From assembly GCF_009914755.1 (NCBI RefSeq), contig NC_060944.1: a stretch of 64,000 nucleotides of DNA. One strand, given 5' to 3'. The notes beneath the pieces were generated by a model. The model was not told where the DNA came from. It ran no database searches and saw nothing but the letters and a program-made list of their open reading frames with translations. Of the stretch, positions 1-13,226 are shown piece by piece. The position numbers were made by a program, and so were the translations under genes. Numbering within the stretch: the first letter of the stretch is position 1; each line of letters starts with the position of its first letter. The stretch comes from the human T2T-CHM13v2.0 reference genome, Homo sapiens.

Positions 1-268
1 CTTCTTTGGCTAAGTTAGTTCCTAGGTATTTTATTTTACTCATGGCTATTAAAAATGCTATTACTTTCTTGATTTCTTTTTTGGATTGTTCACTGTTGGT
101 ATCTAGAAATGCTACTGATTTTGTGTGTTGATTTTGTATCCTGAAATTTTACTGAATTTGTTTATCAGTTCTAATAGTTTTTTTGGTGGAATCTTTAGTT
201 TTTTCCAAATATAAGATAATATTACCTGCAAACAGGATAATTTGACTTCCTTTCCAATTTGAATGCCC
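1..268 (-). mobile_element. L1 ORF2 fragment (old L1PB/L1MA-type), runs off window start
   Basis: Antisense L1 ORF2 text: 'agaaatgctactgattttgtgtgttgattttgtatcctg', 'gcaaacaggataatttgacttcc'. Confidence 0.85.
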
Positions 269-600
269 CATCAGGACTTTTTAAATGGCAGAGACTTATA
301 AGCAATTGATACTGCATCCAAAGAATGACAATCTTTGTGCTCATCCTTTGCACAATAAAATCAAGTATAGGCCAAAATCTGGCCAATAAGGTTTCTATCA
401 GTGTCTTTCCATTTCCTCTAATTGTGCCTTTTTGCTTTGTGGAAATTAATGGAAGATGCCTCTTTGAATAAAAGGAAGTTCAAAATAAAATTTACTATTT
501 TGAGAAGATCCAGAATGTGGACTGTTTTCAAGCAGATATTTGACAGTTCTTAATCTGGTGGGATTCTAAAAGGTCAGTAAGTTGGCTTCCTACCAGTTAT

Positions 601-1245
601 TGCTGGGGCAAAGGGAACCTTCCTTCATTCTTTGATTCAGAATTTCAGTCTCTAGAATAAACTTGAGAGTAGACAGGTTAATAGGAGAAAAAGCATACAC
701 ATTTATTATGTACATACACATGAGGTCCCACAGAGTGTGAGACTCAAAGAAGGGCAAGATGATTGAAGCTTAAAAAGCATTTTGAGCTACAGAAATAGGG
801 TTTTAAAGACTCTTGGAGGGTGGTGGCAACAAGCTATGAATGGGTGAATGGAGGAACCACACTGCAGACAAAGGATGTCTTATTCTGCGGATAGTCTCGC
901 AGGTTGCAGCCCTCAGAAGAATAGGTGAAAAGTCTCTCTGAGCACAGTATCCTGGGCATGGAGACCTTTTAGTCTCCTCTCCTGCCACAAAGAGTTAGAG
1001 GATGAGGGGATTAACAACAATCTCATTCCTCCTGGAGGAATTTTCCCTAGTGAAATAAGGGAACTTCAGAGAAAGCCCCCTGACCACCCCAAACTTCATG
1101 AGAGAAAGAGGATAGTGAGATGGACAGACTGGGCCTGGGGAATGGTGAGAAGTGAAGTGGGAGGGGTCAGAGAGACCTTAGATCTGAGGCTGCTTCTTTG
1201 GTTAAAAGCACCATACTTCTGGGTATTGTTTTCTGAGCCCAAACA
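601..1245 (-). mobile_element. ERV1 solo LTR, MER31/MER39-like (MER4 group)
   Basis: Minus strand starts TGTTTGGGCTCAGAAAACAATACCC; TG...CA ends; 4-bp TSD TTAT at 597-600 and 1246-1249. Confidence 0.75.
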
Positions 1246-2869
1246 TTATTAAATCATATTATATTTGAATATCACAAATGAAAATCATTACATGAATTAA
1301 TCAGATCTTGATGTTCTTTTAACAGTATGGCAGCACCTGGAGAAAACTGTGAAATAGGTATACTTGATTTAGTCTTTGGCTTTAGAATTGCAAGGAAGAG
1401 GTGCTAAGAAGTGGCTATTTGATCACCCTGCAAGCTCTCCTCTCTGTGTTTTCCTGTTCCCAGGTTTTCTCCTTCTGCTTTGGTCTGCCAGTCCTAAAGA
1501 GGAAACACATTCACACTCAATCAGGAGTAACTTACTTCCATTCACTCTTCCAGGAGTATTTGAGCATCAAAATGGGACTGTGAAAAGGAAATGCATTATC
1601 TGAAGGAATGGATGCCAAGACCCCACCAGCAAATGTGGAAATTTGAGGGGAGTGGGTTCTGTGCACCTCGAATTCAGCCACATGTTTACCCATGCTACTC
1701 TACCTAACCAATGAGCTGCCCTTTCTTGGCAATTCAGTCTTCTTTCAATATATTAAGAGCAGGGTGTTATCATGTGACTCATTTTTTTTCGATGTAACTT
1801 TAGCTGCTTGCAGAAATAAAATTGCTTCTTAATAGCAGATCTAAAGAGGGACAAATCACAAGAATGTTCCAGTTAAATTTATATTTTCTGTAAATATGCC
1901 AACTGCACTTGCACTTCTTTTTCTTTCTTCTTTTTTCTTATTTTCACATTTTCCCTGAACCTTCTCTTACTGAAAAGAAAATAAAAGGCTATAACCATGC
2001 ACACAGATATTGCTCTGTTTTGAATTAGGTTGCTATGTTAACCAAAAGAAAAAAAAAGTTACCAGCTATCATTGTTCCAAAGGTTGATTTCTGATTTCTC
2101 TAACTTCTGTTGTGTCTGCATTTCTCTCCTCATTTTTCAAAGAATGACCCTCAATAGCTTAATAAATCAGCTAACAAAATGTTTTAGCATCTGCTAACAT
2201 TCCCTCAGTGTGTTACATGCATGTTCAAAGGCTTTGTTAGAAAACACAATGAAGGGAAACCACAGGCAATTCTGACAGGCAATATGATCGGGTTTCAAAA
2301 TACTTCAAAACCCCAATCTTTACATTAAGACTTTGCTTGTAAATATTTACATTGATTGCCCAGATGGTGGCAGAATTGGAGAATGTGGATCACTTTTTTT
2401 TTAGAAATGTCTCTTAATAAACTTAAAGATTCATAAGCCACAATTGCAAACTTTAGTAAACACAGTACTACATGTTCATGTGAAAAGTTTTGCAGCTATA
2501 ATTATTATTAGTTTTTTAAATCAGAGCAATGGGAAGTGAAAAGATACAAGTTTTCTTCAGATTTTGAGGACAGCACCTTCCTGCACTATCCATCACTAAG
2601 ATAAGCCTGGGTCTTGGTTGCTTCTAAAATAGTTCAATTCAAGACAATGAACTTGTGTTGACTACCAACGATGTGACCTTCATTGTGCCAATGATACAAA
2701 ATCACTCTAAAGTGTAGCCAGGCAAAGAATTACACAGTTAAAGGAGAAAGGATGTGACTCCTTCTAAGTAGGTATAATCAGGATCCTCAGCAGCTCTTCT
2801 CTTACCTGGTCAGCTGCAGTTATCTCCTAAAAGTTCTTCTTGCTTCCACTTTTCTTTCTCTCTAAACCA

Positions 2870-3805
2870 TTCTCTGAACCACAAATGTTCCAAATCTCAA
2901 TTCCATGCCACTCTCTTGCTTAACACACTTCAGTGAATCCCCATCACTCCCAGGACAAAGTCCAAATCCTAAAGATGGCTTTCAAGACCTCCCATGAATT
3001 GTATGTCTCTTGGTTACCTCAGTGACCCTGTCTCTACCACTTTTGTCCCCATCCTCTACTTTTGGGTTTAGCCACACAGAACTACTCATGGTTACCTAAA
3101 TAGGGTACTCTGCTTCCGTTTCTATGCAAGACATTCATCCAGACGCCCTTCGCACAAGCCTGTATTCTAGAGGGCAGGGGCGCGGGGGGCATGAGAAGGC
3201 ATTTAGAGGAATTGTTCTTGTGGCTTAGCAGCCATTGTGCAAATAATGTGGATTTTATTAGTAGGAGTGGAGAGAAACAACTAGGGGCTAAAGCCATGTG
3301 CAAGAGGGGATGGGCAGGAAGGACCAGCTCTAAGGACAAGAGCATGCAAGGCCTGCAGTGAAAAACCTCTACGTCCTTCACGATCCCTTAAAAATCTACC
3401 TGCAAAGCAGTCATTCCATCCCCCTCTCCTCTGCATCCCCACTCCAACTTGGCCAACCCCTAATAACTTTGCTTCAGAGGTCACCTCTCTCCAGAAGACT
3501 TTCCCAAGTCTCACCAGCGCTTACCTCCCTACCCCCAGGGAAGGGTCCCCCAGAGGTCTCTGCTCAAATCTGGAAGGGTGTTTCTCACAGGCCATTATAA
3601 TTTGTTCTTTGCTTCTCTGCCTTCTGCACCAGACTGCTCAATTTCTGGAGGATAGGGACAGTGCCTTGTCTACCTTTGTGTCCCCAGAGCCTGGCATGCA
3701 CACTGGCACAAGATAGGAGCTCAAAACCTTTGTCTCCCCAGAGTCTGGCATGCAAGCTGGCACAAAATAGGAGCCCAAAACCTTTGTCCAAGATATTGAA
3801 TAAAC
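2870..3805 (+). mobile_element. L2 3' fragments
   Basis: 'ggacaaagtccaaatcct' and 3'-end-like 'tccccagagcctggca...ggcacaagataggagctcaa...tattgaataaa'. Confidence 0.65.
3672..3788 (+). repeat. 54-bp tandem duplication (~2.2 copies) of L2 tail
   Basis: 'acctttgt(g/c)tccccagag(c/t)ctggcatgca..ctggcacaa(g/a)ataggagc(t/c)caaa' at 3672 and 3726, partial third copy at 3780. Confidence 0.9.
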
Positions 3806-3958
3806 ATGGGATGGCGTCAGACATTCACTAAGCATGCCCCAGCCTCTGACTCAACCCCCAGGTAGAGACCACTATCCTGTCACTCTCCTCATCTCCCCTC
3901 AACAGATTTCTAGGCTTTTCTTGCTCAGATTTGAAAACTAGGTAGAAAACTGTCTCAC

Positions 3959-4301
3959 TGAGACAGCCAAGTAAAAATGGCTCCCCAGAGAACTTCCGAC
4001 TGACCTGAGCACTGGGAGGATGGGACGGGGCCTTGGGAAGTTCCTGCCAGTTGCGGAGGTGGGGAGGAGCCTGGCCTCTCCGGTTCCTGGGTGGACCTGG
4101 GATTCAATCAGTGAGATGGGGGCCTGTGAACAGGAATCTTTCTCGCTTTGCTGAGAGTTTTGTTTGTTTGTTTGTTTTGTTTTGTTTGGCCCAATAAATT
4201 CTGTTTTTCTCACCCTTCTGTGTGTCCACGAACCTAATCTTTCCTGGTCATGTGACAAGAACCCAGTTTTTAGCTGAACTGAGGAGAAAGTCCTAACAAC
4301 A
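3959..4301 (+). mobile_element. MER61 solo LTR (ERV1)
   Basis: Starts TGAGACAGCCAAGT; AATAAA; ends 'gaggagaaagtcctaacaaca'; near-TSD tcac/tcag. Confidence 0.8.
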
Positions 4302-4624
4302 TCAGTAGGTGGCAGATGAGTGTGAAAAGTTAGTGAGTGAAATCAGAATAATATATATTCAAGAGAGGAGAGAGGAAGAGAAAGAGAGGAAGAAGCTGAG
4401 GTTTGACAAGAGAGAGGGGAGAGTTTTAGTTTCTTTTGAGTTGATTTGCTTGGTTTGAGAACAGGTGTTCAAGATTAGTGCAGGATTTCAGAAATTGTAG
4501 CAGAGAAAAAAAGAAATGGAAAAGAAGTTGACTGTTGAGACTTATGATCTTGTTGATACCCAAGAAGCATCATTTCTGAATTGGAATTCTTTCAGATTAA
4601 AGTTTTATTTAAAAATAGATTGAG

Positions 4625-4925
4625 GGCCAGCGCAGTGGCTCACGCCTGTAATCCCAGAACTTTGGGAGGCCGAGGTGGGTGGATCATGAGGTCAGGAGTT
4701 CAAGACCCAGCCTGGCCAAGATGGTGAAACCCTGTCTCTACTAAAAATATTTTAAAAATTAGCCAGGTGTGGTCGTGGGCGCCTGTAATCCTAGCTACTC
4801 AGGAGGCTGAGGCAGAGGATTGCTTGAACCCGAAAGGCAGAGGTTGCAGTGGGCTGAGATTGCGCCACTGCACTCCAGCCTGGGTGACAGAGCGAGACTC
4901 ATCTCAAAATACATAAATAAATAAA
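4625..4925 (+). mobile_element. AluS (Sg-like)
   Basis: Full dimer; 'ggatcatgaggtcaggagttc', 'ggccaagatgg'; (TAAA)n tail. Confidence 0.95.
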
Positions 4926-6429
4926 TTGAAATTCCCTTCCCTTTTTCCTTACTGGCTTTGAACTGTGTTTATTTGTGTGAGTACAGAGATCAGACTATGA
5001 GAATCATGGACTCTTTCAAGAGTTATGAATAAATAAATGAGTTAACTAATGAGCAAATAAATGCATGATTGACCTTCCTTCCTTCAGAGTCATGGCTGCA
5101 GTCTCCACCCATGAACTCCCCACGGGAAAAAAAACAGTCTTCTCCCCAGACTTTGGGGAATATGAAGCAGCCAACCATGAAAAAGTTGATAACTTTTCTC
5201 TTTCTGCAATTTGTCTTCTCAAAAGAGGAATGCCATCTGAATTAGCTCCCTTAACACTTCAGAGCCACAGCATCTTCTGAATAGCTGGCACAATTTTCAG
5301 CAACATTCATTTCAAATCCTGTTGACTGAACATGTGGTTCAGATGAGAGCTTATTATATATTGTTAAATGATTTCATTGGATTATAAATCACTGCCTTCA
5401 CAATTCTCTGTGGGACACACATGGAATTCTGGTTAAAAGATGTTCAATATTGTAACCCTCCAGAGAGAGGCTTCCCATGACCCTTCCTCATGCAGATGAT
5501 ATGGTTAAGCATGCATGGCCAGGCTGGCCTGCCCAACGTGGCTTGGATGAGGTTTCTCTTCCCGAACTTGAGCAAGGTTTTCCCTTAGTACTTGACCTTG
5601 TATCATCCTCTCTTGGCCTTCTGTCCACCCATTCCTTAGCTGTCCCTTCACCTTGCTGACCCACCATCTCGCTATGGCTCCCTTGCAGCTGATTATGTCT
5701 TGTCCCTAACTGAAAAATAGAAACTAAATACATTTTGAAGGAAAATGGCTAACTACTGATAAATACTGCTTTGCCATTAGGGGAATTCTTGAGTAAGATG
5801 ATAGTCAGCAGTGAATAGTCAGTGAAAAGATTATCATCTCTTCTGCAAATTGTCCCTGGTGGAGATTTGATTATATGCTTAGGGGCCACCTTCCTGTCTT
5901 TTAGAATTTTCTGGAGCAGCTGTCATTATAATTACTGAGGACCTTTATGTGACCTTGTCATCTTGGGCAGGTAGCTCCTAAAGGGATTTCTGAAGAAGAC
6001 AATTCATATTTTCTGTGCACCTGCCTTCTCAATATTTTTTGTTTTCACTTAGTGTCCCTGAAACTCTTTCTCTCTTCACATTTCACTCTCTGCATCACTA
6101 ATGAGGCTTCCATTTACCTCTTTAATTAATTAATTAATTCAATATTTATTTGGCACCTATTAGGCCCCCTGTAGGATAATAACACCTTAAGCTCTGGTCT
6201 CATTTAGGAGAATTTGCATTTATGACAAGACTCTAGAAGACTTAAACTTTTAAGGCCCCAAGAGGTAAATTTCTAATGGTTGGCCACCCCTGAGTTGGGA
6301 GGCACTAATGTGGACTATGAACTGGATCATCAGCATGTAGAACCCCAGAGGCAGATTTCTCCTGAAGTTAATAAAGCTCCAGCCTCGGGGTCTCACACTG
6401 ACACAGCCTTTTTTTTTTTTTTTTTGGCT

Positions 6430-6885
6430 GTACACAAGTGTTTTCGGTCGCTTTATTTATAATTGCCCCAAGCTAGAAAAAACCCAAATGGCTTCCAACA
6501 GAGCAATAGTTAAACATCCATATGATGGAATACTACACAACAATAAAAAAGCCAACTTTTGATACATGCAACTACTTGTATGAATTTTGAAGGTATTATG
6601 CAGAATGAAAGAAGCCCGTCTCATATTCTATGAAGCCATTGATATAATATTAACAAAAAGACAGAAATATAATAATGGAGAACAGATGAGTGACTGCCAG
6701 GGGTTAGGTGTTAGGGGAGGATGTGACTGTAAAGGGAGTTTTTTGAGGTTATGGAACTGTTCTGCATCCTGATTATAGTGGTGGTTACATGAACCTATTT
6801 GTGTGTTAAAATTCATAAAACTGTACAACAAAGGACAAAAGTCAATTTTACAATACAATAACCTAAAGATAAAATTAAAAAAATA
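6430..6885 (+). mobile_element. Old L1 (L1MB/L1ME) 3' end
   Basis: 'atggaatactacacaacaataaaaaag', 'tgactgccaggggttagg', 'ggtggttacatgaacctat'. Confidence 0.75.
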
Positions 6886-7344
6886 CCTTTTGGGCAAAAA
6901 TATAAATTTTGGGAACGGTATTAGAGCTTCTTAGCTGCCTCTGTCATCAGTTCTGTCTTTGGTGCCTCTCGTGCTTGATCTTTATGTACTAGAAATACCA
7001 GAATATTTATAGTACCCCAAACACACTATGCAATCTTGCCTCCATGTTGAGCCTTCTGCCTTCCTGATATGGAAAACTCCTTTTCATCCTTCAAAACCTT
7101 ACTCAGAGCATGCCTCCTCTGTGCAGCTATTTTTTCTGATTTCTTCTCACCACCAGATTTAAGCACACCCTTTTCGGTTCTACTTCTGCTTCTTGTAAAT
7201 TATTTCACTACTGTGTCTTACAACTTATTATAATGACATAGGCTAGTTTTTGTAATTGTTTCTTCTTTTCAGTAAATTGGATCTCCAAAACTGTGTAAGC
7301 TTCAGGCCCCACAAAATCTAGACCCCAAATGACCAATCTCTCTC

Positions 7345-7700
7345 TCAATTTGTTCTAGCTGCTGTAACAGAATACCATAAATGGGTGGCTTATATACAAC
7401 CCAGATTTCTCACAGTTCTGGAGGTTGGGAATTCCAAGATCAAAGCACTAGCAGATTTGGCTTCTGGTGAGGGTACAATCCCTTGTTCATAGAAAGCATC
7501 CTCTTGCCTTGTCCTCAAGTGGTAGAAAGGGTGAGGCATCTGTCTGGGGCCTATTTTAGAAGGGCGCTAATCCCATTCATAGAGGCTCCACTCTCATGAC
7601 CTAATTACCTTCCAGAGGCCCTACCTCCTAATACCATCAACTTGGCGATTAAGTTTCAACCTATGAATTTTGTGGGGACACAAACATTCAGGCCATAGCA
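7345..7700 (-). mobile_element. MLT1A-like MaLR LTR inserted in L2 (L2 pieces ~6990-7280 and ~7720-7830)
   Basis: 'gctgctgtaacagaataccata', 'tctcacagttctggaggttggga', ends 'acattcaggccatagca'. Confidence 0.8.
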
Positions 7701-9290
7701 GACAATCTCTTTCCAAAAACAGAAGATTTGTGAGATCAAAAGCCATGTCTATCTTATTTACCAGTTTCCAAAACAGCACAGGCACATGGTAGGAGCACAA
7801 GAAGCATTTGTTAGATGTTGAATAAGCAATTATACGTATAATGTGCATAGCTCTTTTCCTGACATGTAGTATGGGCTCAATAAATCTTTGTTAAAAGAAG
7901 GATTACTTTGATGAATGAATGAATATGAAGTGAAAGGTAGGTGAACCCTACATTTCTACACAAGGAGATGTTCTCTCTGCCTTACTCTTCCCTATTCATC
8001 TATGGTAGCAGGCAAGCTGATTTCCCTACCCTAAGACCAGTGATAGTCCAGCATGGGTGAAGCCATCCAGGAATAGTTAAGGCACCGTGCTACCTACACG
8101 TGGTTAATAAACAGGCTCTTGTTAACAAGAAACAGTTATGTGGAAATACTTCATTTCCATCTGTAAAGTTCTAGATTTCAAAGTGGAGAGCTGGGATCTC
8201 TTCCCACTTCACCCACTCCTAACATTTATAATAAAGCATTGCCTAACACAGAATTATATTTTTAGAGAAAAATGAAACACATGCTTGAGAACTCAATCCT
8301 ATTAACACAATTTTTTCAGTAATGGTAACCATTAAACAGTTATGTATTTAACCTTTGTATTCTTTAAGTCTGCTAAAATGTCTAATTAGTTAATCAGGAA
8401 AATAATTATTTGCTAAAAAAGGGAAATTTGAAAATTGTGTACAGATGCATAAAACTGAGTTCAAAATAAACTTCTATTTTGAGGCTTTAGTGCAATCCCA
8501 ATGTATTAGCATTTTATGATTCTTTGTATTCATTAAAATGTTTTTCACAAAAATATTGGAAAGTTTCCCAAAGTCCTCCTCATGTTCCTCCTGGTGTATA
8601 TCAAACAGAATATTGGACTCATCTACTCAAATCATAGTTAGAATTGTATTTTGTAAGAGGCTATTTCCTTGGAAGTTATTCAAAAGATACATGTAGGGAA
8701 ATATTCTGATTTATAAGGTCAATCTTTCTCTGTCACAAATCAATTATAAGTAAACTGTTTTCAGAACTGTCTTTTTTGCTATTTATAATAGTCAACTTGT
8801 GAAGCACTTAACACACAGAAATGTGTCTGACACCAAGATTATTGTTAAGGGCTGTTCTTTCCTTTTTATTCAGCATTGTACGCATGTACCATTTACATTT
8901 ATTACGTGGATAATGGGAATTCATGGTCTTGAAGGCATAGAGTGAAGAAATTACTTCTGAATACAGTATGCAAGCTGAAAAGTAGGGAGTGATCATTTCA
9001 AGGTTATAGTGAGGGCAACTAATTTTTTCCAATTTGGGGAGTAAAACAATTTTATAATGCATTTCCAAATAAAGTCTATTTTATATGGAATAGTCTACAG
9101 TTGCCAATCAACCTGCCCATCCAATGCCCCTTTCCATTGGCTCCCACTATCCTAATCCTAATTAGTCTCGACTTGTCCTGGTGCTTTTGGCAGGAAGAAT
9201 TACGTTTGCTCATGCTGTTCCCTTGACCATGACATCTCTTAAAGGCAATTCACTATATTGTCTGAGATTCTAAAAATTAAACTTCCCTAC

Positions 9291-9742
9291 TGGGATGGGT
9301 AATACTGAGTGTCAACTTGATTGGATTGAAGGATACAAGGTATTGATCCCAGGTGTGTCTATGAGGATGTTGCCAAAAGAGATTAACATTTGAGTCAGTG
9401 GGCTGGGGAAGGCAGATCCACCCTTAATCTGATGGGCACAATCTAATCAGCTGCCAACGAATATAAAACAGGCAGAAAAAGGTAAAAAGGAGAGACTGGC
9501 CAAGCCTCCGAGCCTACATATTTTTCCTGTGCTGGATACTTCCTGCCCTCAAACATTGGACTCCAATTTTTCAGTTTGGTGACTCGGACTGGCTCTCCTT
9601 GCTCCTTGGCTTACAGACAGCCTACTGTGGGACCTTGTGAGCATGTTTAATACTTACTAAACTCCCCTCCATATATATATATATATATATGAAGGATATA
9701 TACATATATGTTCTGTCCCTCTAGAGAACCCTGACTAATACA
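9291..9742 (+). mobile_element. MLT2A1 (HERVL) solo LTR
   Basis: 'aatactgagtgtcaacttgattggattgaagg', (TA)n, ends 'ctagagaaccctgactaataca'; perfect 5-bp TSD CCTAC. Confidence 0.9.
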
Positions 9743-9999
9743 CCTACCCAAGCTAATGCTTTCTCTACAATGAATTGCAAAGAAAATGAAAGCTAACAAA
9801 GAAGATGAGTTTGGCTTTTTAAGAAAACAGTTGACCAGACATAAAAGATCTCAGGGTGAGGAAAAGGCAGTTTTCTTCTGAAGGCCTACAGATGGAAGGG
9901 ACAGTATGGGTAGCTAAGGTGACTGAATTCCCCTCTGCACTTAGTGTGTCTGGATACAATTATTGGCTCTGGCAATTTGGGTGCTGTGCTTTCAGGACA

Positions 10000-10252
10000 T
10001 AGTGTATGGTGAATGGTGGGAGAATTCAAATCATAGACTCTGACAAAAAGTATGCTCCAATTCTGTTTCCCCATCTAATAACTCCAACTGTGGACAATGT
10101 ATTTCATTACCCTGAGCTTTGGTTTCTTTATCTGTGAACTGGAAATACTAATACCTACCTGGCCAGGTTGTCAGGATTGAAGATAGTATATACCAAGTAC
10201 TTATCACAGTGGTTTGTTAGCAAATAAGCACTAAACAACAGTAGCTATTATT
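10000..10252 (+). mobile_element. MIR
   Basis: Core 'ctgagctttggtttctttatctgtgaactggaaatactaatacctacct', tail 'tagctattatt'. Confidence 0.75.
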
Positions 10253-10889
10253 GTAATGACGACTACATGGTCCTTATCCTTCTATTCAGGGTGAGGTGAG
10301 CTAAGATAGTTCTAAGAGTTTAATGAAGCAGCATTGCCTCATGACTGGTAAGAATAAGAAGACATGGGGAAAGGTGTTTATCATTTAAGGAACTAAGGTG
10401 AACAGAATCAAAAAGGGGTTGTATTGTATCTTAGGAAACTAAGATAAGACTGGAATACAGCCATCAGGATCTATTTGTAATAGGATGAGAGCTCAGTTGC
10501 AAATACAAGTTCCATTCATTTGATGAAAGAGTCTGGCCTGACTGAGGCTGTGTTTTGAACTCATTACAGTTAGACTCCTGTGGCTCAATACCCATTTGTG
10601 CTGGGGCTGTATTGTTCTTCATTTCAACAGACATATGCAAATGGTTCTGAGAAATGTTAGAGCCTGTTCTTCTAAAGTGAAGTTAGTCTTTCTCCTGGTT
10701 CTTACTCTAGAAACAATAACATTGTTGGGTGCCCCCTGTCTTTCACCTCACATCTATTTCATCCCCAACTAATGTCAGTGGTGCTACCAGTGCGACAGTA
10801 GACTAACGTCCTCTGGTAGGAAGGACTCAACTATTCTAACACTCTTCCACATTTCTCTTAAGTTGTGCTGGAAGCAGAAGTGATTGAGT

Positions 10890-11705
10890 TTCATTCATTC
10901 AGTAGGTATTCAACGCCTACCATGTGTTAGGTGCTCTCCTTTGTGCTGAGGTAAAATAAGTAAAGCAGACACCGTCCTTGACTTCATTGAGCTCAGGGAC
11001 TGAGAAAGATGAACACTAATCAAATAATCACAGAAATAAAAAATTTTAATGGCACATTGTGATAATTGAAACAGAGGACAAATTGAGAATGTTCTGAGTT
11101 TTTAAGGGGCCTCTGACCTATCCTGGAAGTTTGAGGAAAGGCTTCCTGGAAGAAGTACCACTGGAGATGAGGTGTGGAGCTATAAGTGGGCCTATAGGAG
11201 TGGGGTGGCGAGGCGTGAGGCATATTCTAGGCAGTGTGGGACAAAGTCCTTAGACAAGAAGCAGCCCAGGGTATCCAATAATTGAAAAAGGAGGCTGGGG
11301 TGACTGGGGGTGGGGGAGGTGCTAAAGGGTGAAGAATTAGGCTAGATGATCCCATAGGGAACTTGTAAAAGTTAACTATGCCCAGACCCACTCCTAGACA
11401 TTCTGCTTTAATTGGCATGGGATGGGTCCATGGCATTGCCATATTTTATTTAAAAACCAAACTAAACCACAAACACACAAACAACAACAAAAACAAACAA
11501 ACAAACAAAAACAACCTCCCAGGTCATTTTAACATACAGTCAAAGCTGAGAAATTCTGAGGTACAACATGCAGCACCTTGTAGCCATAGTTTTCATCCTA
11601 ACAACAATGGGGAGTCCTTTGAAGATTTTAAGGAGGGGGGTAATTAGTATTAACATTATCAGATTTGCTTTTGAGAAGAGCCCTCTGGCTGAAATATGGC
11701 AATGG
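10890..11705 (-). mobile_element. L2 fragments interrupted by a MER5B-like hAT element (~11345-11555)
   Basis: 'cattcattcagtaggtattcaacgcctaccatgtg', 'ggcttcctggaagaagt'; MER5-like 'cccagacccactcctagacattctg...ccaggtcattttaa'. Confidence 0.65.
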
Positions 11706-12120
11706 ATATCCATGGCATCTAACAAATCTTGCTGTGCACCCGGTAAACATATAGTGGTAGACTCAAAGTAGACTGGGCATCAAATTTACTGCATGTGAAG
11801 ACTCTAGATCAAAATGCAACTTGGTGGTGATAGATCCTCCTCTGTTGAATAAGCGGATCATTTCATTCAAGACTGTAATTTCTAGGTGGAATGCAAGCAC
11901 AGACTTTCAAGGAAGCTTGAAATTCCTGACTTGGTTTGGGTCCATTTAGAGAGATTTACAAAGAGAAGAAGCGATATTTAGGGCACAAAGCTATATCTGG
12001 CACAGGTGACTTGTGTTAGACCTGGAGACTCAGGCCTGTCTCTTAGCATTGAAGGTTCCTGAGCTCCCAGCAGGCCATGTGTGGCTCCCAAATCTCCAGT
12101 GGGAAATATGGAAACACTTT

Positions 12121-12264
12121 GAACTCCCTTCACTATCACTGAAGGAAACAGAACCCGATTTCAGCATGGATATTGATTTTTAAAATGCACTTCAAATGCA
12201 CAGAAACTTGTAGTGGGAATGCAAGGAGAAAGCAGGGCATCCTGAGAACCATGTTACATTTAGG
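12121..12264 (+). repeat. Unique-sequence duplicate, segment A (inverted homolog of 15178-15325)
   Basis: 'gaaacagaac..atttcagca..gatattg..aatgcacttcaa(a/g)tgcacagaaa..tgcaagg(a/c)gaaagcagggca' aligns to the reverse complement of 15178-15325 at ~75-80% by eye. Confidence 0.85.
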
Positions 12265-12373
12265 TCATTAATCAATACGGGATCAGAAATTGAGGAGGTG
12301 GGTGTTACAAAACTTTTCTTAATAGAATATCATATATGTGACGTAAAAAGTCAATTAAAAATCTCATTGATGA

Positions 12374-12701
<328 letters not shown>

Positions 12702-13226
12702 CTAACTTAACTAGTTATTTGAAAACTTTTACAAAATATTAATTATGTTTCCAAATGACCAAGATTGAAAAACAGGAAAGATGAGTAAGTCTTACCATAA
12801 AGTTATCAGGAGGCTACACAAAAACTAACAAGTAATTACACGAAAATACGGGGCCCTTTCTTCTCTCAACTTCGCAGTTTCACTCTTCCTGGTCTCTCAC
12901 CTACTCTCTATGGTGTATTTTCAGTATAAATCAAATATAATTATCTAAAAAGAATGAAAGCATATATATTTCAAAATAGTTCACAGAAAATAAAAGATAG
13001 CAGATGAGAATAGAGGGAGAAAGATGTGGAAGAGAAGAGGTGATGGAAGACAAAACTTTGCCAGAAGAGACAAAAGAACTTTAAAGTCTAATTTATAAAT
13101 TGCTAATCTGAACAAACTAATAGTCTTTCAATGCACTCAGTGATTGGCGTAATTTATCTTGGCTTTAACAAACATGCTGATATTGCTTCTTGTAACACAT
13201 TTATTACCAGAAGAAAAATATAATTG

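Noticed and set aside
3950-3966. Palindrome CTGTCTCA-c-TGAGACAG
   Set aside because: Spans the MER61 LTR start and its flank; most likely a chance junction product.
3959-4301. p53 site in MER61
   Set aside because: The family often carries one, but I see no paired RRRCWWGYYY in this copy.
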